Shown piece by piece: positions 14,446 to 30,138 of a stretch of DNA of 64,000 bases. The DNA comes from the human T2T-CHM13v2.0 reference genome, Homo sapiens. The notes below the pieces were generated by a model. It was not told the DNA's origin, did not search any database, and saw only the letters and a list, made by a program, of their open reading frames with translations. The stretch's first letter is position 1; every line of letters begins with the position of its first letter. Both the position numbers and the translations under genes were made by a program. The DNA lies in NCBI RefSeq assembly GCF_009914755.1, contig NC_060947.1. One strand, 5' to 3'.

Positions 14446-14677
14446 TTTTTTATTTATTTATTTATTTTGAGACGGAGTCTCACTCTGTCACCCAGGCTGG
14501 GGACATGATCTCGGCTCACTGCAACCTCTACCTCTGACTCCCAAGTTCAATCAATTCTCCTTCCTCAGCCTCCCGAGTACGTGGGATTACAGGCATATGC
14601 CACCACACTCAGAAAATTTTTGTATTTTTAGTAGATATGGGGTTTCATCATTTTGGTCAGGGTGGTCTCGAACTCCT
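14446..14677 (-). mobile_element. Truncated AluS
   Basis: (TTTA)n tail, right arm and part of the left arm. Confidence 0.93.
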
Positions 14678-15589
14678 ACTCCATTCAGTTTCCTTCCAGA
14701 GACTGAATCTAATTACAGGAAATTCATTTATCTTTTGCTCCACTGAACTCTAAATATGCGGCCATTTCTCCTCATACTTCCAACAGAGTACCTGGCCAGT
14801 CATAGCTTCTCACCTTTAGACTTTTCAGAAAGTCTTTAAACACCATTCTTTGAATCCCATCAACTTCAGGGGATACATGTCAAGTTCTCTAAACTGTTCT
14901 GTTGAAGTGACCCTCTCTTGGCGTGAGGTAGAGGGAAATAATTCTTTCTCTACTCTCACAAGTGGTTGAGAGAGACTATATACCATACCAACAACTCTAA
15001 ATTTTTCACTCTCTTCATTTTCTCAAAGAATTCTTAGTATTTGCCTATATTATTTAGCGATGTATGATGGTGGTAGATCCAGTTTGGGGACATAGCCTTT
15101 GCAAGTCCTACACAGAAGGCTTAACTGCACTCTGAAATGAAGATGTTTCATGACACCCATGTATCTCAGCCTTTGGAGTTTTTGCAGACACCCTGGTACA
15201 AAAGAAAATGTCTTATTAAACAAATCAGCTATACACAATTTCAGTTACTTAAAGTTAAATCTGTAACTGGTTCCAGAAGTCACTACCTTTTATAACATAA
15301 CTTCGCCATTTTAGGTGATTTGTTCTGATGCATACTACTTTTGACTGATGAATATTATTGAAGAATATATACGCAAAGATTTTTCCCTACAATTTTTCTT
15401 ACATACTCATACTTAGTCTCTTATTTTGTACTGTCCGTTTTTAGAAGGCTCATTAAAAACAGAAGTTATCTAAAATGTGTTCTTGTTTTCTCCTGTAAAT
15501 CATTTTTAAAAGTATGCCCTTTCACTTGCAAGACAAGATATTGTCCATGATTGTTATTTTTCCATTTACAAAGTATAATAGACTTAGTT

Positions 15590-16085
15590 GATTTGACACT
15601 TCGAAGGTATTCATAGTACCCTTACAGCTTGCCTTCCTTCTTTGTAAAAGCAGAGTATCTAAAATACCTTGCCAGACTGCCTTGAAGCTGACTATGGCTA
15701 TATGAGGCAATATTTGGTCAATGAAATGCAAACAGATGTTGCTGGGAGGGCTTGCTACAAACTTTCTATATGAACATACTAAGCATGTATGTAAGTGTAT
15801 GAGCATACTAAACCAGCATGTCCCTTGGATACTTTGTATATTCCTGCCTGAAATTCAGATATGAAGCTAGGAGATACAGCCACCTTGTAACCATGCAGGG
15901 AAAAGCTACACACTAAAGCTAACAGAGTAAGAAGATAGAAAAAGCTTAGATATTTGTTGACGTCCTTGAGTAGCTGTACCAGCCCTGGGTTGCCTGCCTC
16001 TGGCCTTTACATCACTGAAATATATAGCCTCTCACCTTTGTAGGTGCTGTTGGTCAGCTTTTCTCATATATGCAGACAAATGTGA
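15590..16085 (+). mobile_element. Old ERVL-type LTR (LTR33/LTR16-like)
   Basis: cctgcctgaaattcagatatgaagctaggag...ccaccttgtaaccatg...accagccctggg motifs. Confidence 0.55.
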
Positions 16086-16197
16086 GTGCAATTTTCTTGT
16101 TTACATTTAATACCTACCAGGTTGCTGTTGAAATCTCACACCTTATACTGGAGAGCAGAGTAATAAGTAATATGTATTAAAAGTAACTATAACTAAT

Positions 16198-16537
<340 letters not shown>

Positions 16538-17393
16538 TTATATTTCTGTGATAGCTTCCCTCTATTTGGTAAGCCACTGAACTATAGGACAGCTTTCTGT
16601 ATTCAGATGTCTTTTTAGTTAGCTTCCATCCCAGTTATTCGGTAGCTCTGTCTGTCTGGCCTTCTTCCCAAGCCTGTTGTCAGAAATGCAGCCATCTGTA
16701 CAAATGGCTATCTGCTCCTGGTAGCTCTGTGAATCATGGAGCCTCCCAGAGTAGTTGCTTGTTGATATTATGGCTCTTCACTGGCAAAGGGTACTTAAGG
16801 AGGGTTGTTATACATCTGCCCTAACATCCCTCCTTGCCTGCAGCCCTTACTCTTCTAAATGAGGTGGTAATGGTTGACTTTTTCTGGGATTGCCTCTACA
16901 TATGGTCATGATTCTGTGATGTCTTTTCAGAAGAGAGTTGACATTAAGATTTGCAGCTTTCTTCAATATGCTGACATGTTCATAATATTAAGAAGAAATT
17001 CCCAGTATGTGAATAGCACCCTTTCCAGATTTCCAGAAATGAAACAAATTCCTTGCCATCCTTTTAATTCCTTGGCTTGTTCAATAGGTGGATATTTAGA
17101 AAGAGGCATTATTCAAGTCTCAACTTATGCAGAGTTCTCGAAGTTTGCTTAAATTTATGAAGATATGTAAACATTCAGAAGGGAAATTAAACATATCTGT
17201 CCCAAATGCAAATGTTCTGCTCTCTGACACTTGATATTAAATCAAATGTCCCTCAGTCCGATCAGTGTGGTGCAATGTGAAGTGCAATGGCTTGGGACCT
17301 AGAGATTCAGTTACCAGGTGTGTGATCAGGGGCAAGGGATTACAATTTCTCCATTTCCTCATCTCTAAAAAAAAATGTTTGGATTATAGTTTT

Positions 17394-18065
17394 CTGTTGT
17401 CATTTGTTTGTTTGTTGACTAGTCTGTTCTTCTATTATTATTATTATACTTTAAGTTCTGGGATACATGTGCAGAACGTACATGTTTGTTGCATAGCTAT
17501 ATGCATGCCATGGTGGTTTGCTGCACCCATCAACCTGTCATCTATATTAGGTATTTCTCCTAATGCTATCCCTCCCCTAGCCCCCCATGCCCTGATAGGC
17601 CCCGATGTGTGATGGTCCCCTCCCTGTGTCCACATGTTCTCATTGTTCAACTCTCACGTATGAGTGAGGACATGTGGTGTTTGATTTTCTGTTCCTATGT
17701 TAGTTTGCTGAGAATGATGGTTTCCAGCTTCATCCATGTCCCTGCAAAGGACATGAACTCATCCTTCTTTGTGGCTGCATAGTATTCCATGGTGTATATG
17801 TGTCACATTTTCTTTATCCAGTCTATCATTGATGGACATTTGGGTTGGTTCCAAGTCTTTGCTATTTTGAACAGTGCTGCAATAAACATATGTGTGCATG
17901 TGTCTTTATAGTAGAATGATTTGTAATCCTTTGGGTATATACCTCGTAATGCAATTGCTGGGTCAAATGGTATTTCTGGTTCTAGGTCCTTGAGGAATCG
18001 CCACACTGTCTTCCACAGTGTTTGAACTAATTTACACTCCCACCAACGGTGTAAAAGTGCTCCTA
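17394..18065 (-). mobile_element. 5'-truncated L1PA (PA7-like) with 16-bp TSD
   Basis: TSD tttggattatagtttt at 17378-17393 and 18066-18081. ORF2 C-terminus at 17803-18006. Confidence 0.95.
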
Positions 18066-19328
18066 TTTGGATTATAGTTTTTAACCAAAATTATACTGAG
18101 AAATAGAAACTATCCAATGTCTGTAGTGTGAAACTCAGGAGTAAACACATAGAAGAGAGAAACAAAAAGGGACATATTTTCAAGGCATGAAATAGTAGGC
18201 AATCAACTAAGAGTCCTTCTAGCCCTAATAGTCTACTATATAATCTGTTTCAGTGTGTGACATTTCTTGGAATTACCATACTTTCATCAAAAATGGGCTT
18301 CCACATTCTTGTGAATTAAAGATAGGTAGAATAGATATAGATTTACATACATACAGCGGTTATTTTTAACTTGGTGGTTTTTATGTTTTAAAAGTTTGTG
18401 CCTTTCTGGATTTTTCGTATTTTCTACAGAGCCATATATTTTACATTTATATAATATAAAATATACATTTCGTATATTTTACATATATATGAAAGGAGAA
18501 TTATTTTCCCATAATGACACACATTTGGGGAAGGGGTTGTCTAACAAAGACCAATGGGCTGTGTAATATACTGCTGTCAGTTTCTAAAAAGGTTAATATA
18601 ATAATTGCTGCAGCAGCAGCAGGAGCAACAATAATAATGATAAAAAACATTAAGCTCTTACTTGAGCCCTATTTTTATACCTTTATTTTTATGTTATATA
18701 ATATAGTTAATATTTTTATTTACCATGTGTCATCTAACTTCTTTAATCTTCATAAGAAACCTAAAAGAAAGGAACTATTATTTATCCTATTTAATATATA
18801 AATAAACTTTGAGATATAGAGTTGTATACCATCAGAATGATGCGTCATTGCATGAAACATCAAAGAAGAACCACACAAACCCAAAGAATTCTGCAAAGGT
18901 GAAGTCAACTTCTCTGGCACCAGAGCATTGACGAAGTGCTTTCTTTCTTTGTTTCCTAGAGCTGTGGGTCTTAATTGTGTTCATTTGACACATATGTTCT
19001 GAAAGGTTTTAGACATATTTTGTTACTAATACTAGTTCAAAGACAGAAGTTTCTTAATTGTATACATTTTAAGTTTTCTTTTTATTTTTAATTTTTAAGG
19101 TGTACAATTCAGTGGTTTCCAGTATATACACAAAGTTGTACAACCAAAACCACTCTCTAATTCCAGAATATCTCAACACCCCAGAGGAAACCCCATACCA
19201 ATTAGCAGTGACTTCCCAATCTTCCCTTGCCCCAGTCCCTGGCAACTATGAATCTACTCTTTGTCTCTCTCTATATATAAATTTGCCTATTCTGAACATT
19301 TAATATAAATAGTATAATAAAATATGTT

Positions 19329-19657
<329 letters not shown>

Positions 19658-20718
19658 GAGTAGTTTTTTGTGTCTTCCTTCTTTCAATTAGCATGTTTTT
19701 AAGTTTGTATGTTGTAGATATGTCAGCACTTCATTCACTTTTATGAGTGAATGATATTCCACTGTATGGAATATGACATATTATTTATCAATTCATTAGT
19801 TGGTGGACTTCTGGGTTACTTTTAATTTTTAGTGAATAATGCTGCTGTGAACATCCATGTACAAGTTTTTAAGAGAAAATATGTTTTCATTTTTCTTTGG
19901 TATGTACCTAGTAGTGGAATTGCTGTGTCATATGACACCATCATGTTTAGCTTTTTGAGGAAACGCCAGACTATTTCCCAAAGGAGCTGCAGCATTTTAC
20001 ATTCCCATCATTACTGCATGAGAGTTCCAATTTCTCCACGTCCTCATCAATATGTGTTACTGTCTTTTTAAAAGCCATTTTGGTGGATGTGTTTATTGCA
20101 ACCTCGTTGTGGTTGTGATTTGCATTACCCAAATGACTAATGGTGTTGAACATTTTTTCATGTGCTCATTGGCTATTTCGATGTAGTCTTTGGAGAAATG
20201 TCTATTCAGATCATTTGATCACATTGAATCACAAACATTTGATCACAAAAGTTATGTATATATTCTGGATTGATTTGTAAATTTTTTTCCTTCATTCTGT
20301 AGGTTTCCTTTTCATTTTCTTTATATGACTTTCGAAGCACAAAAATATTTAATTTTAATGAAGTCAAATTTAGTTATTCTTTCTTTTCTTACTTGTGCTT
20401 TTTGTGTCATATCTAAGAAGGTTTGCCCAGTCTAGAGTTGTAAATGTTTATGCCTACATTTTCTTCTGAGAGTTTTAAAGTTTATATCTTATATTTAGAT
20501 ATTGTTTATATTTTGAATTAATTTTTATGCATGATCTGAGCAAGTTGTCCAACTGTATTCTTTTGTGTCTAGATATCCAGTTATCCCAGAACCTTTGGTT
20601 GAAAAAGTCTTCTTTTTCCATTAAATTATCTTGGCACTCTTGATGAAAGTCAATTGACAATAAGTGTAAGAGTTTATTTTTGTACTGTTAATTATATTCC
20701 ATTGACCTATATCTATTC

Positions 20719-22770
20719 TTTTTTAACTTTTATTTTAAGTTCAGGGGTACATGTGCAGGCTTGTTATATAGGTAAACTTGTGTCAGAGTGAGGGGGTGTT
20801 GCTGAACAGATTATCTCCTCACCCAGGCATCAGGCCTAATACCCATTAGTTACTTTTTATCATCGTCTATCTTCTCTCCTCCCACCCTCTAACCTCTGGT
20901 AGGCTCCAGTGTGTGTTGTTCTTCTCTAGGTATCCATGTGTTCCCATTATTTACCTCCCACTTACAAGTGAGAACATGCAGTATTTGGTTTTCTGTTCCT
21001 GCATTAGTTTCCTAAGAATAATGGCCTCCAGCTCCATCCACGTTCCTGCAAAGGACATATCTCATTTGTTTTTATGGCTGCATAGTATTCCATGGTGTAT
21101 ATGTACCACATTTTCTTTATTCAGTCTACCATTGATAGGCATTTAGGTTGATTCTATGTCTTTGCTAATGTGAATAGGGCTGCAATGAATATATGCACAT
21201 ATATGTTTTATGATAGAATGGTTTATATTCCTTGGGGTATATATCCAGCAACAGGATTGCTAGGTTGAAAGGTAGTTCTGTTTTTAGGTCTTTGAGGAAT
21301 TGCCACACTGTTTTCTACGTTGGTTAAACTAATTTATGCTCCCAGCAACAGTCTACAAATGTTCCTTTATCTCTGCAACCTTGCCAGCACCTATTAATTT
21401 TTTATTTTTTAGCCATTCTGACTGGTAGGAGATGGTATTGAGGCAGGAAAATAGGGTCTGGAGGCAGGGAACATAAGGCCAATTCACACTACAGCTATGA
21501 CAGGAAATATCCTCTCCATAGAGGATATTGTCCAATTCTTTGTTCAAAATGCCAAGAACCTGGGTACCCTCCACCGTTGACAGAATCTCATGTAGTTTAC
21601 ATTTGCATTTCTCTAATGATCAGTGATTTTGAGATTTTTTTTCCTTAGGCTTGCTGGCCGCATGTATATCTTCTTTTGAAAAGTGTCTGCTCATGATCTT
21701 TGCTCACTTTCTAATGGGGTTGTTTTTTCTTGTAAATTTGTTGAAGTTCCTTATAGAAGCTGGATATTAGATTTCTGTCAATTGCATAGTTTGCAAAATT
21801 TTTCTCCCATTCTGTGGGGTGTCTGTTTACTCTGTTGATAGTTTCCGTTGCTGTGCAGAAGTTCTTTAGTTTAATTAGATCCCATTTGTCAATTTTCACT
21901 TTTGTTGCAATTGCTTTGGTTGTCTTCATCATGAAATCTTTGCCCTTGCCTAGGTCCTGAATAGTATTGTCTAGGTTGTCTTTCAGGGTTTTTATAGTTT
22001 TAGGTTTTACATTTAAGACTGTAATCCATCTTGAGTTAATTTCTGTATATGGTGTAAGGAAGGGGTCCAGTTTCAATCTTCTGCATGTGGCTAGCTAGTT
22101 ATCACAGCACCATTTATTGAATAGGGAGTCATTTCCCCATTGCTTGTTTTAGTCATGTTTGGCGAATATCAGATAGTTGTATGTGTGCAGTCTTATTTCT
22201 GGGTTCTCTATTCTGTTCCCTTGGTCTATGTGTCTGTTCTTATACCAGTACCATGCTGTTTTGGTTACTGTGGCCCTGTAGTATAGTTTGAAGTTGGGTA
22301 GCATGATGCCTCCAGCTTTGTTCTTTTTTCTTAGGATTGCCTTGGCTATTTGGGCTCTTTTTTTGTTGTTCCATATGAATTTTAAAATAGTTTTTTTTCT
22401 AGTTCTGGGAAGAATATTATTGGTAGTTTGATAGGAATAGGATTGAATCAGTAAATTGCTTTGAGAAGTATGGCCGTTTTAGTGATACTGATTCTCCTAT
22501 CCATGAGCATGGAATATTTTCCTATTTGTTCGTGTCATCTCTGATTTCTTTGGGCCGCGTTTGGTAGTTCTTATTGTAGATGTCTTTCACTTCCCGGGTT
22601 AGCTATATTCCTAGATATTTATTCTTTGTGTGACAATTATGAATGGGATTGCCTTCCTGTTTTGACTCTCTGCTTGGCTGTTGGTGGTGTATAGGAATGC
22701 TAGTGATTTTTATACATTGATTTTGTATGCTGAGACTTTGCTGAAGTTGTTTAGCAGTTTAAGGAGCTAG
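20719..22770 (-). mobile_element. L1PA/L1PB-type 3' 2 kb nested in L1M
   Basis: ORF2 remnant 21711-22076 ([18 protein letters not shown]...). TSD-like tatctattctt on both flanks. Confidence 0.9.
21439..21582 (+). mobile_element. Internally deleted ERV1 MER4-group solo LTR (MER51/MER61-like), 144 bp
   Basis: TG...CA termini (tgaggcaggaaaatagggtctggagg / ccaagaacctgg...gaca) with a 4-bp TSD gtat/gaat. The host L1 is contiguous across it. Confidence 0.8.
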
Positions 22771-22962
22771 ATCTGTATCTATTCTTATAGCAATATCACA
22801 ATTTCTTGATTACTGCAGTTTTTTTTCACCTTTGTTATTGTTTTAGTTATTCTGGTCTCTTGCATTTCCCATGAATTTCAGGACAAGCTTTTAAATTTTA
22901 ATACAAAAAGCAACTGTGACTTTGATAGGAATTGCAGTGAGTCAGTGGATCAATTTGTGGAA

Positions 22963-23716
<754 letters not shown>

Positions 23717-26148
23717 GAGAGTATAGCCATCTTAACAATACAAAGTCTTCTAATGCAGGATTATGAGATGTCTTTTCATTCATTACATCTTTTCCATTTC
23801 TTTCAACAATGATTTATACTTTCCAGTGTACAAATTTTGCACTTCGTTCACTTAATTTACTTCTGAGTATTTTATTCCTTTTGATGCTATTGTAAATGGA
23901 ATTGCTTTCTTAATTTCATTCCATATTATTTATTGATAAAGTACATAAATACAGCTGATTTTCATATATTGATTTTTGTATCCTGTAACATTGTTGAACT
24001 CATTTATGATTCTAATAGGTTTTTTTGGAAATTACTTATAATTTCCTCAATACAAGGTCATGTCATTTGCAAATAGAGGTAGTTTTACTTCTTTCTTTCC
24101 AATCTGAATTTCTTCCATTTCTTTTTCTTACCTTATTTCCCTGGCTAGGAACTTCAGTAAAATTTTGAAAACATATGGAAATGGCAGATATCTTGTCTTG
24201 TTCCTGATCTTATAGGGATAACTTTTAGTCTTTCATCAATAATTGTAAAGTGAGTTGTAGTTTCTCTTTATCAGATTGAGGAAGTTCCCTTCTGTGTTTA
24301 ATTTGTGAGTATTTTTCATCATAAAAGAGTGTTGGCTATCTTCAAATGGTTTTTCTAAATCTATTGAGATGATCAAGTGTTTTTTTTCATTATCAAATGA
24401 ATATGGTACATTTTTTATTTTTATATGTTGAATTAACCTTGCATTACTGGATTAAAGCTGCTTGTTCATGGTGTATAAAAATTTTTTATTTGTTTCTGGT
24501 TTTGGTTAGCTAGCATATTTTTAGAATTTTTACAACTTTATTCAAAAATCACATTGGTCTGTTTTTGCTTCTTGTATTTTGGGGTGCTGTTGGTAGGTGC
24601 ATATACATTTATAATTATTATGTCCTCTTGATGGATTGAGCCTTTATCATTGTAAAATGTTATTTCTCTCTAGTATGAATTTTTGTACTAAAATCCATTG
24701 TTTTCAATAGTAGTATCTACTCCTCTATCATTATTACTTTTTGCACAGTATATCTTTTTCTATTATTTTACTCTCAACATATTTTTGTCTTGGAATCTAG
24801 AGTGTGTTCCTTTTGAAAACATGTATCTAAACATATCATGTGGTTTTCTTCATTCTGCCAATCTCCACGTTTGAATTGGAGATTTTAATCCATTTATTTT
24901 TATTGCAATACAATATATATAACCTAAAATTTACTATTTAGACCATTTTAAATGTACAATTGAGTGTCATGAATACATTCACAACCCTCAAAACTATTTA
25001 TTTTCAGAACTTTTTTGTCTTCCCAAACTGAAACTCTGTCATTTTATGCACAATTTTTTAAATTATGGTGAATCCAATTTACCTATTTTTTCATTTGTTG
25101 CCTGAGTTTTGGGTGCCATATCTAATTCATTTATTTTAATGGCACTACTAAGACAGTAGGATTGACATCTGCCATTTTGCTATTTTTTTCTATATATCTT
25201 ACATCTTTTTTGTTCCTCTTCTTCATTACTGGGTTTTTTCCCCTGTTAAATAGCTATTTTCTACTGTACTACTTTAATTGCTTTGCCATTTTTATGCTAT
25301 GTTTTAAAGTTATTTTCTTAGTGCTTGCCCTCAGGATTTCAATTAACATATTAACTTATAACAGTGTATTTTAGATTAAAAACAACTTAAATTAAGTAGT
25401 ATAGAAAAACTTTCCTCCTATATATCTCTGTTCCCTCCATGTTCCTTTTTACTATCACTGTCATACAAATTCAGTCTTTATACATTATAAGTGCATCAAC
25501 AGAGTTTTATAATTATTATCGTTTAATGCTATTTTCTTTTAACTCAGTTAAGAGAAGACAATTACAAACAAAAAAATATACTATCATTTGTATTTGCTTT
25601 ATGTTGTTACTGGTACTCGTTATTTCTTTATATGGATTTTAACTACCATCTTAATGTTTTTTTTCTTTTTAACCTGAGGACTTTCTTTAGTATTATTTAT
25701 AGGCAAGATCTGCTAGTGACAAATTATCAGTTTTTGCTGATCTGGGAATGTCTTAATGTCTTCATTTATGAAAGATAATTTTTCTGCATAGAGAATTGTT
25801 GGTTGACAGTCTTTTTCTTTAAGCACTTTGAATATGTCATCCAACTGTGTTCTGTCATCCACGATTTCTGATGAAAAATTATCTGTCAATGTTATTGTGG
25901 ATTCTTTTTACACAATGAGTTGCTTCTCCCTTTCAGGTTTTAGGATTCTCTATTTTTGAATTTTGAGAGTTTGATTATGATCTGTTTCTGTGGGGATTTC
26001 TTTGCATCTATCCTACTTGGATCTCATTAATCTTGGTCATACAGATTAAAGTTTTTCTTCAAATTACTGAGATTTTGAAAAGTGTTTCTTCAAATATTCT
26101 CTCTGTCTCTTTCACTCTCTCTTCTTCTGGGATTTCTATTAAGCATAT

Positions 26149-26660
26149 TGTGTTGGACTGAATAATGACCCTCAGTGATATCCAGGACCTAATCCCTAGA
26201 ACCTTGAGAATATCACTTTAAATGCCAAGAGATATTTTTCACTGTGATTAAATTAAATATTTTGAGATGATGGGATTATCCTAGATTAATCACAGGGCCT
26301 TAAATGCAATTGCAAATGTCTTTACATGAGAGAGACAGGGGGATATTTGACACAGCAGGCATAAGGTAATAATATGAATGTGAAAGTACAGAGAGACATG
26401 AAGACACTATATGGTTGACATTGAAGATAGAAGGAAAGGGCCATACATATAGGAATGAAATTCTAGGAGCTGAAAAATACAGGGAAACAGATTATCTCTT
26501 GTGTCTCTGAAGGGAGTGTGGCCCTGACAACATCTTTGTTTTGGCCCAGTAAAACTGATTTCAGTCTTCTGGCCTCAGAACTATAAGAGAATAAGCATTT
26601 TTAAAGAAGTCACAAAGTGTGTGATAATGTTTTTTACAGCAGCCAAAGGAAGCCCATATA
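26149..26660 (+). mobile_element. MaLR LTR (MLT1C/D-like)
   Basis: tgtgttggactgaataatgaccc...cagaactataagagaata...ttacagcagcc. Confidence 0.8.
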
Positions 26661-27039
26661 TGTATGTTGGCATGGTTGATAGTATATCAAAGTTCTCTGA
26701 AACTCTGTTAATTTTTATTCATTTTTTTCTTTCTGTTTCTGAGACTAGATAATCTCAATGACCTCATCAAGTTAGCTGATTCTTCATCTTCCTTTTGTCT
26801 TTCTTCTGTCTGCTGTTGAATCCCTCTGGTACATCTTTTATTTCTGTATTACACTTATCAACTCTAGAATTTGTAGTTCATTTGTTGTAATGTTCATCTC
26901 TATCAATATTCTCTACTTGATGAGACATAATTCTCACACTTTCATTTAATTATTTAGAAGTAGTTTCCCTTGGTTCTTTGTACATATTTAAAATAGCTGA
27001 TATAAAGTATTTTGCTGTTAAGTACAATGTCTGCTCTTG

Positions 27040-27868
27040 TATTTTCCTTTAGTTTGGTCTTGAGGTCTCTCTCTGGAGAGAGGTTATAAATTCTAGCCCT
27101 GCTCTGATGGGGGTTCCAGAGGATTTGGTTGCAGATGATTACAGTGTGCCTTTCATTTCTTAATCCTGGAAGACAGCCTAATACCTAGATGTCCAACCCA
27201 CATGGAAGGTATCTTTTTCACAGGAAACTTGTTTATATTGGCAGACACCCTTATGGCTTTTGTCTGAACTGTGTACAGTTCATTTCTACCAGGATAGCCG
27301 TTCTCTAAAAGAGCCTCACTGAGAGGAAAGTAGAATTTGCTTTTGCCAATCAGGTGAGAAACATAGGAGGCAGCACAATACAACACATGAAATAACAGAA
27401 GCATTTTTAAACTCTCAGATCCATAGGAGAAGAGGGGTACCCATGAGGGAACACAGAAAGCCTGAAGGCAACGAAGTGCTCAACTAGTAGGTGAGGGGTG
27501 ACAGACTCGGGGGACATGTGGGACTATGCCTTTATTAAGGCTCATGGGTGTTATCCCTTAGGCTCTCCCACAGGGACTGTGGGTTGGCTAGTTTAAAGAA
27601 AACATGTATGAAGCAGGAAAATTATTCACATGACTCTGGAGTTGATCATTAGATTTTGTTATGTTCAGCAGCTATGGGATGTGTTAGGTTTTGAGTAAGC
27701 GAGATGAAGAACAATCAGGCTATATCAAAAACACAGAGAGAGCAAGTTTTAACTAGGCCAAATGGGTCAGAGTATGACTAGTCAGAGTATGACTAGGTTT
27801 TGAGCAACTTATGTCAGGACTAAAAATGGATGCTGAAATAGCAACTATGCTAAACAAATTTCTGATAG
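27040..27868 (-). mobile_element. Probable ERV1 MER4-group LTR/internal fragment (MER31/MER67-like) inserted in L1M
   Basis: Non-L1 block interrupting collinear L1 sequence. Family assignment is from memory only. Confidence 0.45.
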
Positions 27869-28864
27869 CTCTTCTTTAGGGATAGTTTCTACTGACTGCT
27901 TTTTCCTCAGGTATGGGCCATAGTTTCCAGTTTCCTTGCATGTCTCAGTTGTTTTGTTGTTGAAACTGAACATTTTAAATAATATAATGTGAAAAATCTG
28001 AAAATCAGATTTTTTCTCCATTCCTAAAGTTTGTTGGTGTTTTTCTGTTTGCTTTTGTTGTTGCAGTTTGATTAATGACTTTCTTGAACTAATTATGTAA
28101 AGTCTGTATCATTTGATGTGTATGGTCACTAGTCTCTGCTCAGTTAGCTTAGTGGCCAGCTAATGATTGGACATATATTAGATTAGACACATATAAGAAA
28201 TTAGGGCCTTCTCAAGTCTTCCCTAGGTATGTACACAGCCCTGCCCATACATGCAGCCTTCTAAAATTCCCAAGAATATATTGAAACTTTTAAAATCCTC
28301 CTATGGACATCTCATTCCTTAGCTTTTCCTTTTAAGTTTTTCTAGTCAACTTTGTGTTTGCCCTAACTGTAGTTGACATCTCAAGCAGCTGCAGTGTGGA
28401 ACAACTGCCACGGATTGATTTCAACAAAAGCCTGTTCACACTGAATGAGGTTGAATCAGGTGAAACAAAGACAAGTTCTACAGGTTGGGATATTTAGAGA
28501 ACAGGTCCCTGATGACATTCTGTAGGGATAGAGCTGGCAGACACCCTTAATGGCATTCTTCCACTTTTGATGGCTGCCAGACTGCTGTTTTTATGCCACT
28601 ATAATTGCAGGGCACTTGGCTTTTGAGAATATTGCAGAGCTGAGTAAAAGAATATGGAAATATGGTAAGTTAAAATGCCACAGATTTCACTGTTCTTGCC
28701 AATATCCAGCAAATTTTCTAAAATAAAGACTTCTCAAATTCTTACAAGTTTTTAGTTAATTTCCAGAGTTATGAACAAGTTAATTTAGAATTTTCACCTG
28801 TGTTCTTATTGCTTTTATGGATGAAAGGGTTTTCAGAAGTTCTTACACTGCAATTTTAGTAATT

Positions 28865-29835
28865 AACCACAGGAAGAAAATATGCAAACTACACATCTGA
28901 CAAAGGATTCATAACTGGACTATATAGCAAACTCTGAAAACTCAATGAAAATTTCTTAAAACATCCAATAGAATATAGAGAAAATTCATCAACAATCATT
29001 TTGTAAAATAGGATATATGTATCGAAAATAAACACATGAAAAATATAGCTACTTTAAAAAAGTTTGGCAATATATTACAGAACTGAATATGTGATTATTA
29101 TATAACTCAGAAATGCTTATTAATTTGTCTTAGAGCAATGAAAGCCAATGATCACACAAAATCTTATACATGAATGTTCATAGCAACTTTATTTGTAATA
29201 GCCCAAAAGTAGAAAGAACACAAATGTTGTTCAACAGGTGAATAGTTAAACTATGGCACATCTCTACCATGGAATACTACACAGAAATTAAACATATTGC
29301 ATTACTGATATACACAACAGTTTGGATGCATCTCAAGGGAATTGTGCTGAGTGACAAAAGCCAATCTCTATGTGTTATATACTGTATGATGACATTTATA
29401 TAACAATTCTGAAATAATAAAATTATAAGGATGAAGAACAGATTAGTGTTTACTAGCTTTTATGGGTGAAAAAGGATGACAGGGAGATGTTTATAAAGGA
29501 ATAGCACAAGGGATCTTAGTGGTGACGGAACAGTTCCATATCTTGATCATTGTAGTGGTTACCCAAATATACACATGTGGTAAAATTGCATAGACCTACA
29601 CACATAAACGTGCACGCACACACACACACACATACAAATTAGTGTATGTAAAACTAGAGAAGTCTGAGTAATGTCTGTGGATTATACAGATGCCAATTTC
29701 TTGGTTTATATATGATACTGCAGTTATGTAAGTTGATACCACTAGAGGAACTAGATAAAGGGCATATAGCACTTCCCTATACTCTTTGCATCTTCCTTTG
29801 AATCTATAAATATTTCAAAATAAAAGTTTTAAAAG
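28865..29835 (+). mobile_element. L1MC/MD-like 3' end with (CA)n at ~29612-29632
   Basis: catctgacaaagg...gaatctataaatatttcaaaataaaag 3' end. Confidence 0.8.
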
Positions 29836-30138
29836 ATCAGTTGGAATATACACATGCTTATTCCTATAGTAGTGTTACTATATTCAGTTATTAATATATT
29901 CTCATAGCTTTCTTCATATGAAGATAAGGTATAGGGAAGAGTCATATCTAGTATTTGGGAAACTGAAAGAAACCCCAGTGGACCCACTTGAGTGTACATC
30001 ATGGCAGGAAAAAAAAATTGTTTCAGATGTATTATTTTCTGGTACCATAGATAAAGAATAAGGATAATGCAATGGGAACAGTTGAAATATTGGCTTGTTT
30101 ACTTGCATTTGTATGTTTGTTTTTAAATTTTTACCCTG

